From positions 114,514,001 through 114,578,000 of the forward strand of contig NC_043002.1 of assembly GCF_006345805.1 (NCBI RefSeq): a stretch of DNA of 64,000 nt, read 5' to 3'. Shown in pieces: positions 1 through 13,947 of this stretch. Source of the stretch: Octopus sinensis. Taxonomy: Eukaryota. The notes under the pieces were generated by a model, which was not told the DNA's origin, searched no databases, and worked only from the letters and a program-made list of their open reading frames with translations. The position numbers were made by a program, and so were the translations under genes. The first letter of the stretch is position 1. Every line of letters begins with the position of its first letter.

Positions 1-172
1 AATAATAATAATAATAATAATAATGATAATAATAATAATAATAATAATAATGATAATAATGATAATAATAATAATAATAATAATAATGATAATAATGATA
101 ATAATAATAATAATAATAATAATGATAATAATGATAATAATAATAATAATAATAATAGTAGTAATAATAATG

Positions 173-211
<39 letters not shown>

Positions 212-214
212 GTA

Positions 215-257
<43 letters not shown>

Positions 258-286
258 TAATAATAATAATAATAATAATAATAGTA

Positions 287-333
<47 letters not shown>
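1..333. repeat. (AAT)n microsatellite with ATG/GTA interruptions
   Basis: Read directly; explains the poly-Ile ORF 23..373. Confidence 0.98.
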
Positions 334-482
334 CCTTTCTACTATAAGCACAAGGCCTGAAATTTGGGGGTAGGGGACAAGTCGATTACATCGATCTCAG
401 TATTTCACTGGTATTTAATTTATCGATCTTGAAAGGATGAAAGGCAAAGTCGACCTCGGCGGAATTTGAACTCAGAACGTAA
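334..482 (-). mobile_element. tRNA-derived SINE family A (octopus OR-like), 5'-truncated
   Basis: Reverse complement reads GTTCTGAGTTCAAATTCCGCCGAGGTCGACTTTGCCTTTCATCC (B box plus body), shared with about 15 other copies in the window. Confidence 0.85.
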
Positions 483-504
483 TGACATAATAATGCGGCT
501 GCTA

Positions 505-531
505 CAACTAATTCTACTGCTGCTGCTGCTG

Positions 532-565
<34 letters not shown>

Positions 566-588
566 CACCATCACCACCACCACTACTA

Positions 589-634
<46 letters not shown>

Positions 635-695
635 AACAAATACAAATACTACTACAGCTGCTTCTGCTGCCACCACTACTACTACTACTACTACC
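505..695. repeat. Compound (CTG)n/(CTA)n/(CCA)n microsatellite
   Basis: Read directly. Confidence 0.95.
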
Positions 696-818
696 AGCAA
701 CCGAGGTAAACTTAGTTTTCTATTTCTCTAAGGTCCATAGAATAAAGTACTGGTTTCGTTAACTAAGTCAATTCAATCGACTACTACTACCCTCTGCTCG
801 AAATCTTTATTTTCTAGA

Positions 819-1039
819 TGTGTATTAAGGTAAACTTAATACTTTTTAACCGACACTGCGAAAATTTTGACATCTATAAACAAACGACTGTTGTATTCTC
901 GTATCTTGTATCGCGGAAAAGATAACAGCCGTCGTTTGTTTACGTTTGTTTACATTAGCCAAGTCTTGCAGCATCGGCTAAAAAAATTATAAAGGTGTAT
1001 TAAGGTAAAGTTAATATTTTTAGCCGATGCTGCAAGACT
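819..1039. repeat. Nested inverted-repeat (MITE/foldback-like) element
   Basis: Perfect 23-bp IR at 962-984 / 1017-1039; inner imperfect IR AAACAAACGAC...GTCGTTTGTTT; direct repeat GTGTATTAAGGTAAA near 819 and 995. Confidence 0.5.
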
Positions 1040-1509
1040 ATTCACTCCGTTTAATGTAATAACTATTTATTATTTCATATAAGACGGCATAATGGAGTGA
1101 CAGAGACGGTAAAGTGAACGACTATACGTTTTATGGCAGTTAGATTTCCTCTTTTATATCTTCCTGAAAATGCTGCCAGAACAGATGAAATGCATACCAG
1201 TGAAATACTGATATCGATTAACTTGACTACGCTCATCAATCTAAATGTTTATTCGTCTGTCACTGTCATGTATCATTCGATATTACATAAGGAAAGAAGT
1301 AGCGCTAGTATAAATATATGCATTGCAGTATTTAATTTCGTCTGTGTTCTCAGTTTAATGCCATCCACTTTGAGACTGGTGGGAATTAAACTAAAGTGTA
1401 CACAAATAAATATATACCTGCATTACACTTTCAGACCTTGTACCTATAACAGAAAGAATTATTATTATTTTTAGCAGTAGTACTAAAACTAATATTGATG
1501 ATGATGTAG

Positions 1510-1925
1510 GCACATGGGCTGAAATTTTGGAGAAAAGGACTGGTCGATTATATTGACCCAAGTGCTGAACTTGATTTATCGACTCCGAAAAGATAAAACA
1601 CAAAGTCAACTTCGGCAGCGATTATTAATTGTCATGAGGTGAAAGATAAAGTTGAACGCAGAACATAAATAACCGGAACACGTACCGTAAGACATTTTGT
1701 TCGTCGCCAATCCACCACACTAAAAATATACTTGTTTCCAACATAGGTACATGACTAGAAATTTTCGGAAAGGAATCACTCAATTCAATCAAACATAGTA
1801 CTCAATTGGTACTTTGTTTCATCGACTCTGGAAGAGCAAAGTTGACCTCGACAGGATTTGAACACAAACGATAAAGAGCAATAACAGATACCACGAAGCA
1901 TTTTATCCGATGTTGTATCTATTCT
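1510..1925 (-). mobile_element. Two adjacent degenerate family A SINE copies (about 1510-1715 and 1738-1925)
   Basis: AAAGTCAACTTCGGC and AAAGTTGACCTCGACAGGATTTGAAC motifs match the family A body. Confidence 0.65.
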
Positions 1926-3829
1926 GCCAGTCTTCCATTTATAAATGACATACGGTATTTTTTAGTACACAAGTCCGGTTTTTCAAACCAAAATTTACAG
2001 TCAAGATAAAAGGTAGGTTGACTTATACACCAAGATACTTTGAAGACCAAAAATTCCACGTGAAATGCAACAAAATTTGAAAAGATAGCGACTATGTTTG
2101 AATGCTTATATTTCATGTTTATATAATATACTATGTCGACTTGTATGTCGTAAAATACAGTAAGATCAAATTGTCAAAAAACAGTTGAGCGTAAAAACTT
2201 CATCTATATTTGAGTTCAAATATAAGTTCCTCGATATTGATTAAATAGTACCAGAAATAAAATAGTAGCAATGAGTACATCGTACACTAATGATACTCTA
2301 GAAAGCATGAATAGTTACTATTTGAATTGCTATAATTTTCTAAATTGGAGGCTTATGACAGTGTTGAGAAGTCCTCACAAATTTCCGCACATATCTAGCT
2401 ATACGCTCACATGCACACACTCAGCTATATATCTACATAGTATCAATACGGCGGGGATTTTGAATAAATAAGTGTATTTAGTTACATTGCAAAAATTGCC
2501 CCACGGGGGATTTTTTGGTTTGCTTTAGATGATTATCAAAGCTAAAAGTACCCTTCTTATTAAAGAAAAAGCACCGCCACCCAAAGAAAAACTCACAAGG
2601 ATTCTTTCGATTCTTTCTAAGATGTTGAGATAAAGCAGACAAATTTGTGCTAGACACAACTCATATTTATTTGTCTAAACAAACTGGTCGGTTCAATTCT
2701 CATTCCAAGTTATCTAAAAGACCCTCATGGGGCCTTAAATATATAAGGATATAACCATACGCACACACACACATATGTATACGCACGAGTGTATGTGTGC
2801 GTGTGTGTGTAAACGTGTTTATGGTGTGTTGTGTGATTATATATGTGCTAGATATCTAAGAAGGTAAAAACTAAGTAATGTTAGATGGCCATAGAGCAAA
2901 GTTCAACTAACAAAAATCTTAATTATTTGCTTTTCGGCAAAGTGGTAGTGTGTGAGTTATTAACGTGTCCGGCGTATTTAGCTTTATATCATATCAACCA
3001 CTAACACACAGACATACAGACGCCATTGCTCTCTGTCTCGACAGAAAAAAGCATAATGAGATAACCATGCGCGAAGAGTTTGTCTCCAAGAAATTAATCT
3101 ATCTTTATTTATTTATAACTAGATGAAGCATTGATTAAACAGGGTAACATTAACTGTTTAATTTATTTAGATGTCTTTCCCTTTAGATTGTCCCCGTATT
3201 TTACTGTTTTCTTTTTTTGCCTTTCTTTATCATAAATACAATACAGTAAATGTTAATTTTCTGAAAAACATACCGGATGCTCATAGTGATGGCACAAATA
3301 AGTGGGAAGACAGTAATATATACGAGGAAGACATATAAGAATACTTGGCCATATTGCCTATGGCAACAGACCAATCTAAGAAGTAATAGCAAAGAGCCTG
3401 GAGCCATCATTTGACACCTGACATAGAATCCAATCAGTAAAGTGAAGTCAGTCAAGTGGCGCCAGACTTCCTCAACGATAGATTCACATACAAAGTTGCA
3501 AATATATTATAAGATATCAACACTTTCAGGCTTCATTTTTTTCTTATCAAATTCATAATAGTATAAAATTTGAGAACCATAATATATATGAGTAACATAT
3601 TTATACTATAATACAATGGAATATGAATACCATATCAGGGAATAATATACAAATGTCGGAAAATCAGCTGCTGCTGATTATTAAATTTGAACCAAAACTG
3701 ATATAGTTTCGAATAACTATAGATAAGCTAAATATTCTTTTCAGAGACCACATACACCAGAACCAAAACATTTTATCACGAACTGTTAAGTTAGTTATCT
3801 TTTCTTCTGTGTATTCCGCTGCTAGAAAC

Positions 3830-5500
3830 CTAATAAACACAGCTCAAACTTCCATGATTTTGTTTTTTTTCAAAGCTGCATAAGATCATAGCCTGGTCTT
3901 CCTATCGTCTCTGCCTGCATCTCGCCTCATCGATCTCCTCTGTAGCTATATCTCAGTATCCAATATAAAGAATACTAACGGTGCCCTTAAGTTTCTCTGC
4001 TCCCTTTCTGTACGCCCTTCACCGAGGATATAAAATCCCTATGCACCGTCATCCTTCCATAATCAATATCTCTTTGCTATTCAGCGTTTCTTCAATCTCC
4101 GGTCTTCACTGCTTTTCTCTGCCTTCTCAAACTCGTCATTTCTCTGAATTGTTCCTCCTGCTATTAAATAATTGGTGTGACTCTGGGTGCAAAGATGGTT
4201 TCCAGTTGCACTGACCAATTTGAGGAATATAAAGGGCCAGACCTTTTCCCAATCCACCGATTAATATATATCTGTGTGCTGCTTCACCCCGAGGGATGGA
4301 CTCATTATCATGATCTCTTACGCCAACATCTACCCTGCTCTATAATTTACTCGGCCTTTTTGAAACTTTTCTCACTTTCTTACACATCTTCATCACTATG
4401 GAGAACCAACACAGTTTAACATCGGTATACAATAAAACTATTGACTTACACTTCTATCTCGACCTGTTATCTACTCATTTTTACACACTAAACTATCGCC
4501 CATTTCACGCATTCTGTTTTTCGATTCTGTTCACTGTATAACTAGGATTTGGATACTTTCTAAATTCGAAGCAACGGAACGATTCTTCCACGCATGAGGT
4601 TACTCTGAATCATTGGCAATCAGCAGCTGTACTCCACCTAGCCCTGGCCCCTGACAGACCTCCTACTATGAAGATAAGTTTCAATTTTCTACATTTTACC
4701 CGTACGCTTTACGATTTCAACAGACTATCCCCAGCAATTTTCACTCCCTCTCCTTTTGCTCTCGTACAACTCATATCCTTTACACTCTTTTCTTCTCTTT
4801 CAAAAGAGACAAAAGATTGTGCAACATTTTTGTCAAAGGCTCTCTTGCCAACAACTTACACCTCGATATCATCAATTGTTTCCGCTCTATATGCCGCTAT
4901 TTTCCTTTTACCTTCAACAGTAGACTCATAACTGACCTCTAAGACCTATTGTAAGTAATTTATCTCTTTAACCTAACCTTAGCTAAGTTTAGTTGATACA
5001 TTACATGTAAACTGTACAAATCTCTATTCGTGAGTGAAATCGGAGGTCAAGTTGATTGTTGCTGTGAGAACTCCTGGCGTACTTCAAACCCGTTGAGCAT
5101 TTAATTTGTCGGACAATGCCTTGACTCGTTCTCCGTTTGCTGCATCACCGTTCCTTAACTTTAGTCTTGGAATTTCCTCCCATGCGAGCATCAGTAAAGA
5201 CATCTTATTCACCGAGTTCATCCCCAGCTCTTGAACAACTTCGAACTTCTGCAACTATTATACTTTGTCTCCGCTACTTCTAACCTTAACTCCCCCCTTT
5301 AAAGTCTTTCAAATTTTCTAGCGTTTTTATCAGTATATTTCTATTTTGACAGCCGTCCTCCCTACAAACTCATGTTTCATCTGGTAACCCTCGCTTCGTT
5401 ATTCTTTACAATTCTTTTCTTTTCTCACTCACGCGCTCTCTATACATTCATTTGCTATAAACACAAACCTGCTTTCATTGATTCTGCACGAAGCGTTAAA
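3830..5500 (+). mobile_element. Decayed Penelope-like retroelement (RT, linker, GIY-YIG remnants)
   Basis: Manual translation: KLHK..PGLPIVSAC (PKIHK..PGRPIVSAC motif), TSVYNKTIDLHFYL (TxVYxKPTDxHxYL), FHA*GYS (FxxRGYP), FKRDKRLCNIFVKGSL (RRDxNLxDxLVRS); many stops and frameshifts. Confidence 0.7.
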
Positions 5501-5779
5501 CGTTTATTTTTTCCTCGCGGTAAAACAATTTATTCCAGTTTTCTATAGTTTATATTCACTGATTATTGACGCGGAGCATTACTAGTTTTATCTAATCCTA
5601 CTATTCATTTTATTAAATCCTCACAGTAGACAGAAGTAGTTAGGTAATTATGTATGGTTATAAAGACATAATATAAAACTTGATTAATTAATTTTCTCTA
5701 CTGTAATTCGACTTTTTAGAACGGTCATTTTGGGTAGGAATTTTCTCTTCACGATGAGAAATCTGTCACTAGGGATATG

Positions 5780-6220
5780 AAATCAAGAAACAGAATGCTG
5801 TAATATGGAATTTTAATCATATATGCTAATGCCGCCTTTTTCTGCAATCAATCACGCGGGCGATATGTTCCCACTATGTTCATCTAAGAGATTTCTCTGT
5901 AGTCGTTACTCACTTTGTTCTTGTACATGGTGACAATATTGCAAATCTCTCATTTCTGTAGCACCACTCTTTTCTAGTAACGACGCAGTAGATTTGTGTC
6001 AACGTAATAGGATACTTTTTGTATGCTTCATGGGCTGAAATACAATCCAAATGTCTAACCGTTCATTATCATCACTCTTTTGAGAAAAATGGACTCGAAG
6101 AACAAATCGTAAACAGAGAAATGTCCAATGTTTCTTTCTGCTAATGTTTCTGTTATGGTCCAAACGACTCCGCTATAAATCAGTGCTGTTTCATTGAAGC
6201 TTTGCAATGCAACACTTTAA
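5780..6220 (-). mobile_element. Decayed RTE-clade LINE 3' fragment
   Basis: Weak remnants of the LLYGxExW and WxGHIAR motifs on the minus strand. Confidence 0.45.
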
Positions 6221-8310
6221 TTCTATCACTAACTGAACAATTCGTAATAAAGTTCGTACGCTGTTATCTATACTAATTGGCAGTTTTGTCTAAAAATATT
6301 TTTACTCTCCGCCATATCATATTAAGATAACAAAAGTCTGTTGAAAGGAAGTTGAACTCTTGAGAAAGTATATATGATTGTGGGGTATATATTGCCAACA
6401 AAAGATAGTTTCGTATTTGATTAAGTGGATTCAGTCCAATGTTTGCAGATGTAGTTTCAAAACTTGTCAGTTGTCTGTGCGCGGGCCAGGGGGTTATCGT
6501 TTAAAATTGCAGCGCCATTGGAATGGCTAATACAGGAAATTTTACCGTAGTAAATGTACTGAATAACCTTTTACATACATGAGAACACACACATACAGAC
6601 TATGAAACCACCAACTGAGCTATTCAGTGAATTACATCTAAGGTTCTTCAAACCAAATGTAAAAAGCGGATGTCAGTGCTACTGCTAGTCAAGTGTGACC
6701 ATTTGCCTAAATAAGTAAATATATGTATACAATCATATATAAGATTAAGTTCATAGCAAAGTATAGTAAAGATAAAATTTCATAATACATATATTTACCT
6801 AAGCTTAAGTATTTGTGTCAAATTATTTCACGATAGGAGACGACCACACAAACACTTTATATCCTAGGTTATCTGACACGATTCTGTTTATTAAACAAAT
6901 ATCACTTGTCACATTTCTCTATATAATGAAACAAACCAATACAATACGTGCCCTATGTAATGAAAAAATACAATAAATAATAATACCATAGATGGCGCCT
7001 TACAGTGAAAAACTAAATTCTCCAAACTTGTCTTCATTTCAAATGTTAAATAATTCACTTTATTTACATTGTTAATCCATTGAAAATATATGAATTTCAC
7101 GAATTTTCGTCTATTCCTGCTGATAAAATATGTGTTATCGATCGCCCTAGCTTATCCATAAAGAGAGGATAAGATTAATTCATACCACATTTTTGAAAAT
7201 TCAGGAATCAGTTGATCGTGAGAAAGTTCCGTTGATTGAAAAGTGTAGCTTTTGCCTGCATATTAATAAATAAGTTCTTGCTGTTGGGAGGTGTTAATTG
7301 TTCCAACCAACTAATTGGATATTGAGTCACACAAACGCGGTAAACACATACCTTTGAAACCGAATCAAAAACTGAGTAAGACTACACGCGGTCGCTCTAA
7401 TAGCTGGCAGATCTTCAAAACACACTCTACCGTCTTCACATATTGTGGTCTGAGTACACTATTTTTAGTTTTGAATGAATGCTTATGACTATAAGTCTGC
7501 TGGATTGGACCGACTACAGTTAACAACAATAACAAAGGCAACGGTAGCATCGGTGTCAACGAAGACAACACCAACTTTTAAGGTCAATGTGTAGAATTTG
7601 AAGTTGCTAAATTTGTATTACGTAGTAAGGAAATTACAACTTCGTAGCGAGGGAAAATAGGAAGTTTTAATATTCCTAACTCCCTAATATATATTTCTGA
7701 CTTAAATTGAGTGAAATAGCTCTATCAAAGAATTGGAATGTAATCAGGGAATCTATTATAACTTATCTCACCGTGAAATGATACTCAATATTTTATTGAG
7801 CCGTAAATACACTTCTACTTCTTGTAATAACTTTATGCTAGTTTAAAACCAATACTGCGTGATGGAGAAGAAAACTGACTAATGCTTGCTATCTATGGAC
7901 GTGACCATATCATTTAACATCTTGGGGACTGAAATTTTAGTGTTAGGATCACAGCATATTAATGGTCACATGATACGAACTACAACTTTGTAACGGCCGG
8001 TAGTTTATTATTCCAAACGGATATATCTATTTGGTCTCCTAAATTTGCTATGATTAAGTTGAGCTCCAACTTATTTTTTATTCGTGTGACACCTCATGTT
8101 TAAAAAAAAAATAGATGTTGTGAGATTCATGCCTTTCCCAATGAAATCAATGAAGATGAAGTGAAATAGCTGCATCACAGAATCATGAGCTAAAACTCTG
8201 CTGGGTACCATAAACACTAATTTCAAGTTATTTTTAAATACAAATGTAATGGCGTAGCTGAAACAATGAAACATCGGACGAAGATTCTTGTATTTAAGTA
8301 ACTACATAGC

Positions 8311-8695
8311 TTAGGAGCACTCCGTCGGTTGCGACGATGAGGGTCCCAGCTGATACGATCAACGGAACAGCTTGCTCGTGATATTAACGTGCAAGTGGCA
8401 GAGCACTCCACAGACACGTGTACCCTTAACGTAGTTCTCGAGGAGATTCAGCGTGACACAGAGAGTGACAAGGCTGGCCCTTTGAAATACAGGTACAACA
8501 GAAACAGGAAGAAAGAGCGAGAGAAAGTTGTGGTGAAAGAGTACAGCAGGGATCACCACCATCCCCTGCCAGAGCCTCGTGGAGCTTTTAGGTGTTTTCG
8601 CTCAATAAACACTCACAATGCCCGGTCTGGGAATCGAAACCGCGATCCTCCGACCGCGAGTCCGCTGCCCTAACCACTGGGCCATTGCGCCTCCA
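8311..8695 (-). mobile_element. Near full-length tRNA-derived SINE family C
   Basis: Head GGAGGCGCAATGGCCCAGTGGTTAGGGCAGCGGACTCGCGGTCGGAGGATCGCGGTTTCGATTCCC with A and B boxes; body shared with the copies at 24555, 25015 and 63481. Confidence 0.9.
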
Positions 8696-9003
8696 CAAAG
8701 TAACCACATCCACAAATACAAAACGAAACGAAAAACAAAACATTATTCTATTAGAAAGATTACTCTTTCGTATTACATACAATATTTGAGTGAGTGAACA
8801 TAGAATAATCCGAGGTGTAAGTAAAACTGCACGATTACATTACTTTGGATTTCCACAGATCAATTACAAGGCTTGAGCTTTCCAAGACAACTTCGTCAAT
8901 TTTATGTCAGCTTAACATTCTTTTATAAGATCAAAGCATCTGACGAGTTGATTCCAGTTACATTCTTTCACAAATGCATACACAAACTTATGCAAATATC
9001 ATT

Positions 9004-9337
9004 GTACACACACACACACACACACGCACACACACACACACACACGCACACACACACAGACACACACACACACACACACGCACACACACACACACACACG
9101 CACACACACACAGACACACACACGCACGCACGCACGCACGCACACACACGCACGCACACACACACACACACGCACGCACGCACGCACACACACACACACA
9201 CAAATGTAAGCATACATATAGTCACTCAAACACAGACACACAGACACACACACACACACACACGCACGCACGCACACACACACACAAATGTAAGCATACA
9301 TATAGTCACTCAAACACAGACACACACACACACACAC
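9004..9337. repeat. (CA)n/(CACG)n microsatellite containing a duplicated spacer of about 45 bp
   Basis: Read directly; AAATGTAAGCATACATATAGTCACTCAAACACAGACAC occurs twice about 85 bp apart. Confidence 0.95.
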
Positions 9338-9399
9338 ATGTATATACCAGCGCCAGTCATCAACGCTATGTTAATAATGTTGATGATAGAGAAGCAAAA

Positions 9400-11020
9400 G
9401 ATGCGAAGGCCGTGATTGTTGTTGTTGCATCTGATTTCAAAAAGATCAATTCTGGTGGAGATAGAGTAACAATTGTTGGAACGGTTCCGACCTTCATTTG
9501 CCCCGTATTTGCTTTCCTCAATCAGAACCACTTTGAAGAGTTAATAAGGCGATTGTACATCCTCATGATCTTTTGCTGGTGGTTAATTCGCTATAAAGGA
9601 TATGACGTTAAAATCTGTCTTCGTTTATTCTTACTACATACTTGGCCATAATAACTAGTTGTTCACCATGATAACTTTTTAGAGAATAGGTACTGTAAGT
9701 TATGTATAACTTATTTTTTTAAGGTGACGTGGAGCATATATTGATGGAAACGCTCCATCCTTTTGACATCCAGACAATAGAATCTCCATGCGTCACAACC
9801 GTATAATATTGTAGAGGTGACAACAGATGAATGCATCAGTTTCGTTTTTTGAGTCAGATATTCGTTTTTCTTTTATGGAGGTGGGGTTTATATTTTCCTG
9901 TTTTGGGGTTAGATTTAAAAACTCGTTTTGTCAGTTTTCCAAAGTGTTCCACATCATTTTTCGATATACATTTGTAGGAAAGAAGAATTCTTAGATAAAG
10001 GAAAGTGATCACAGTACTCGAGAGATGAATCAGAGTTGGTGCTGTTGAAACCGAGATTAGTAATTGCTGCAGATTCGATAAAGACTTTAGTCTTCTTGAT
10101 AACCATTTTGACGCCAAAGGGAACATATGCACTGGTGAAATTATTTTTGGAGTTCCAAACGAGCGTGACAGAGAGCACCATGGTCATCTGTGTATTGTCG
10201 CTCTGCAATGCATTGTTGGTAGGTCAATGAGACCGAAACATGGCTAAGCTAAATAGTTCACCATCAAAAATGTATTCGATGGTATCACCTGAAGTATCTG
10301 GGGGAATGTAAAAAAAAAAGCGTTGCTGGTAAATATAAGTAATAATGTAATAATGCAGACCTAATTCAATACATCATGTAATTAACAATTATTCACAAAA
10401 TTTGTTTTAAAGAATATCACTGAACATATCATTTTGCGTTGCCTGAAGTAATGAGGTTGAGTAGCTTCGGCAGCAAAACCTTATCATCTACATGGCCTCT
10501 TTTGGTACTTCGTCAAAAGCCTTTTTCTTGACCGTAGAAGACAACGGAGAGTAGTTTCTTTCGTTCTTGTCTTTTTTCATACAATCAAATGCAATATATA
10601 TGAGGGCTCTACCCCAAATAATGCACAAGTGGTTATAACATAGGTCGTTCAAGTTCCACATTTCGATAGAGTAACTCTTCCTCTAAACAAAGGCACTGCT
10701 CAACATAGTGTCCATCACGAGTGATGCATTTTGGCCATCTTTGAAGCCAAATCTGGAATCCTCAGGAAATACATTCCGGGGTGCACTATTGTACCCGTCT
10801 GTCTTTCAAATCTAGAATCAACTGTCAAGGTACTCACCTTGCAAATTCTTTCCGATACGCAAATTCTTCCAGCATCTGCTGTAAGGCATTTTGATGCGAG
10901 TCCAGTTGTACATAAACTGAAGGATATTGACTCATTTGTTCAAGCGAATAAATTCTTCTATTCCTTGGAGATTTCTCTCAGTGGTCGCAGTTGATGGTTT
11001 CCAGCTTTGTGATCTATCTT
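9400..11020 (-). mobile_element. Decayed RTE-clade LINE (RT and thumb region)
   Basis: Minus-strand remnants KKAFDEVPKEAM (KAFDxVP), ITFLYLRILL (FxYLG) and STILYGCDAWRFYCLDVKRMERFHQYML (LLYGCEAW...LERFHQRCL). Confidence 0.8.
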
Positions 11021-11022
11021 CA

Positions 11023-11411
11023 ACTAGCAGTATCGCCCGGCGTTGCTCGGGTTTGTAAGGGAAATAACTATATAAACATTTTTAGATATGTAAAGTATAA
11101 TAGCCATCTCAATATGGCTAACCACAAGGTTAATGTAGCTTTTTACGTTCTGAGATTTAATAATAAATTTTTAGAGAGTTACTTCCCTTATATATGCCAA
11201 AAATGCATTAAAAATGGGAAAATTGATGGTAAATGTTTTTTAAAATCGTAGACTCATCGTAGACGCGCGGTAATACCCAGAAGGGCTCGATATGAATGAC
11301 GACTATAAGATACCCGGTTTTGGTTAAACTGCACCGCAAAATGTGGGAGTAGTTAGGAATCTAAATCGTAGGAGACAGACAGTACACAACCTCTCTTTTA
11401 TATATAAAGAT
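11023..11411 (+). mobile_element. Non-autonomous Helitron/Helentron-like element, internally deleted
   Basis: 5' ACTAGCAGTATCGCCCGGCGTTGCTCGGG hairpin; 3' GACAGACAG...TTTTATATATAAAGAT; near-identical ends to 41026-41532. Superfamily assignment inferred from terminal architecture. Confidence 0.6.
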
Positions 11412-11744
11412 ATTGTTTTCTTCCTCTTTAAACTTCATTCATATATGCACATTGCTCTTGACAATGGTATCATGTCTATAAACAATATGTAGCCTTATGT
11501 TGGTGCTGGAGGGCATGCACATATCCTTCGTTAAGAACAGAATGCTTTGTGGAATCCATTAATTGCCTGTAACAAGAATAACAAAAAGAGTTATCACAGA
11601 AAGATACGAATATATCCAAATAAACTTTCGCTGATTAATAAAAAAGTTATGTCCGCTTTTTTTTTATTATTTTTGGTTCAACAGTATGTGTGTATGTTTG
11701 ATTGTGCGCTGTCTGTATGCATATATATATATATATTCACATAA

Positions 11745-11957
11745 AAATATCGTGTACATTAGAATACATTAAGAGACTTCCAAATAGGAAAGCCCTGTGC
11801 TAGAAAGAGCAGTAGAAAACTCAAACCACTAATTATGGATAAATTCTCGAAAGGATTGAAAATTAAAAACGTTTACCATCTAATTTAGTTACTAGACCAT
11901 GGTTTCTAACACATTCCAGTAAAAAAATATTTACCGAGGCTAGTGTTCGTCAGTAGG
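11745..11957. mobile_element. Partial copy of the foldback/MITE family at 43020-43885
   Basis: Aligns by eye with about 43095-43300 (ACATTAAGAG..TTCCA..GCTAGAAAG..CAAACCACTAATTA.GGATAAATTCTC). Confidence 0.7.
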
Positions 11958-11982
11958 CTCCCTACTGACGAAAACTAGCCTC

Positions 11983-12488
11983 AAATCTCCGTATCCTTAC
12001 ATTGCGTTTGTTAACTTTTCCTGATATGTAAAAAGTTGCCTCGTCAGAAAACGCGACACGTTGAAGATATTCATTGTTCGTATCGATTGTGTTAAGAATT
12101 TCTTCTGCAAAGTAGCACGTTGGGGAAGATCGTTTGGTTGTAAAGACTAAACGATTTGCACTTTGTATTCACACAGTTTCAGGCATTTGCGCAAAATCTT
12201 GAAAATGGTTGGTTGGGGCACTCCTAGTTCTCTTCAAATTCTGAGTCGATTTCTTAAGGTTACGTTGATAAGCAGTACGCACAGCATCAACAATCTCTTC
12301 ATTTATCGTGGCCAGCCAGTTCTTTCGAGGTCACCAACGTTGCCACTATCTTTGATTTTGTTTTACCAGTTCTTGATGCTTTTAACACCTGGGGGATTTC
12401 GGCCGTATTCTTTTCTAAAATTTCTTTGAACAGTAATTGCCGACTTAGTTTCATAAAACCACAAAACACATTGTGCTTTCTCTTTCAT
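11983..12488 (-). pseudogene. IS630-Tc1-mariner transposase N-terminal fragment (DUF4817-type HTH, rosa/DD41D-like)
   Basis: MKEKAQCVLWFYETKSAITVQRNFRKEYGRNPP...; later FSDEATFHISGKVNKRNVRI; stops and frameshifts. Confidence 0.7.
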
Positions 12489-13912
12489 AGATTCCGTTTT
12501 GATATGTTAACTTTATCTGAAAAAAGAGAAAATGTGATTTTAAAAAAATGAAACAGCACATATCAATAATCAATTGTGAAATTTTAGACTTCGATTTTAT
12601 AAACTTTAACAACGAAAATGTTTAATTTGAAATAGCAACAAATATATATTTCAGAATCAGAGAAAAACTTTATATCGCCCTGTTTATATATATATACACA
12701 CACACGCGCACATACACACATTAGTCGCAGCATGGTCGAATAGCTAAGAGGTTCGTTTCGCAACCCAAGTTCGATCGCACTATGTGGAATCTTGGGCAAT
12801 CGGCTCATACGTTGTGATTAAAATTGGGTTGAAGGATACTGCATAAATGTCTGGCAGGTGGATTATACCTTTATATCGGAGTGTTACAGCTTTCTCACAA
12901 CATACTGTTTCATAGTGATTCTACCAGAGATCTATGTTAAGACTACACGTGCTAACAGAATGCTCAGTAATCGCTTACACATTTAATAAGGATGAACTGA
13001 ATCCCCAACACACACAGAGACCCCCACACACACATTCTCATATTCATACACAACGACTACACATTTTCTTAATTCTGAGAATAGCGATGAATACGGTGAA
13101 TACAGTATTACAATTTCAAGCAATATTTGCAACATTTTCCTTTCACATCCACGACTTATTTCACAAGTAGAGGCATGAACACCATTATCCCTTATTTTTA
13201 TTACGCCATCTACATAAATTCAAGTCGTGATGATTAGAGTAATCGATTTGAAGAATGGAATATAGGCAAAAATCATGAAACACAGTGTATGAAACCAAGG
13301 AAATATACTGCATATTTCAAAATATACCTCCATTTTTTATTTTACATTTCGTGCAATGTTCAATTATATTTCTCGCACAAATATGCGAACGATATTCAGA
13401 TTGATTCGGTACTAAAACGTCATTTATTTTCAGTCAAAGAGAAATTCTAATAAAATTTAATCCATTAAATTTGAATGAATTTCTTTTATTTATGAGTTTG
13501 AGTTTCGTTAATTTCTTTTAAGCAGAAACAAAGAGGAAATAAATGATTCAGAAGTGTTGAGAATATCAAAGTGATGTGAGAGTTGGTGTACAAAAATATA
13601 ATTTTAGGAAACTGAAGTGTAAAATTTCGACTTAATATATTTATTTCTCTTTGTGCTTGGCATATTTACTGTGTAAATTGTTTCTCAAAATACTCAGTCC
13701 TGCTATACGTCCATAAACATGTACATAGGTACACACACATACACACGCATGTACACATATGTACGTACACAGAAACACACACTCACGAACACACAAATTT
13801 ATATTACATGGCGGTGCAACAAATGTGAAATGTTCATTTTTCTTAAATGCAAGCATTGGTAAACAGAAATAACACACATACACACACGCACACACACACA
13901 CACACACGTACA

Positions 13913-13947
<35 letters not shown>

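Noticed and set aside
23-762. Poly-I, poly-V and poly-L ORFs
   Set aside because: Translations of trinucleotide microsatellites.
8640-8695. tRNA gene-like sequence (also at 14900-14964, 25015-25080, 59559-59645)
   Set aside because: The A/B boxes continue into multi-copy SINE bodies and no complete cloverleaf with acceptor stem is present.
8873-9651. His/Thr-rich and Cys/Val-rich ORFs up to 225 aa
   Set aside because: (CA)n translations running into an antisense LINE relic.
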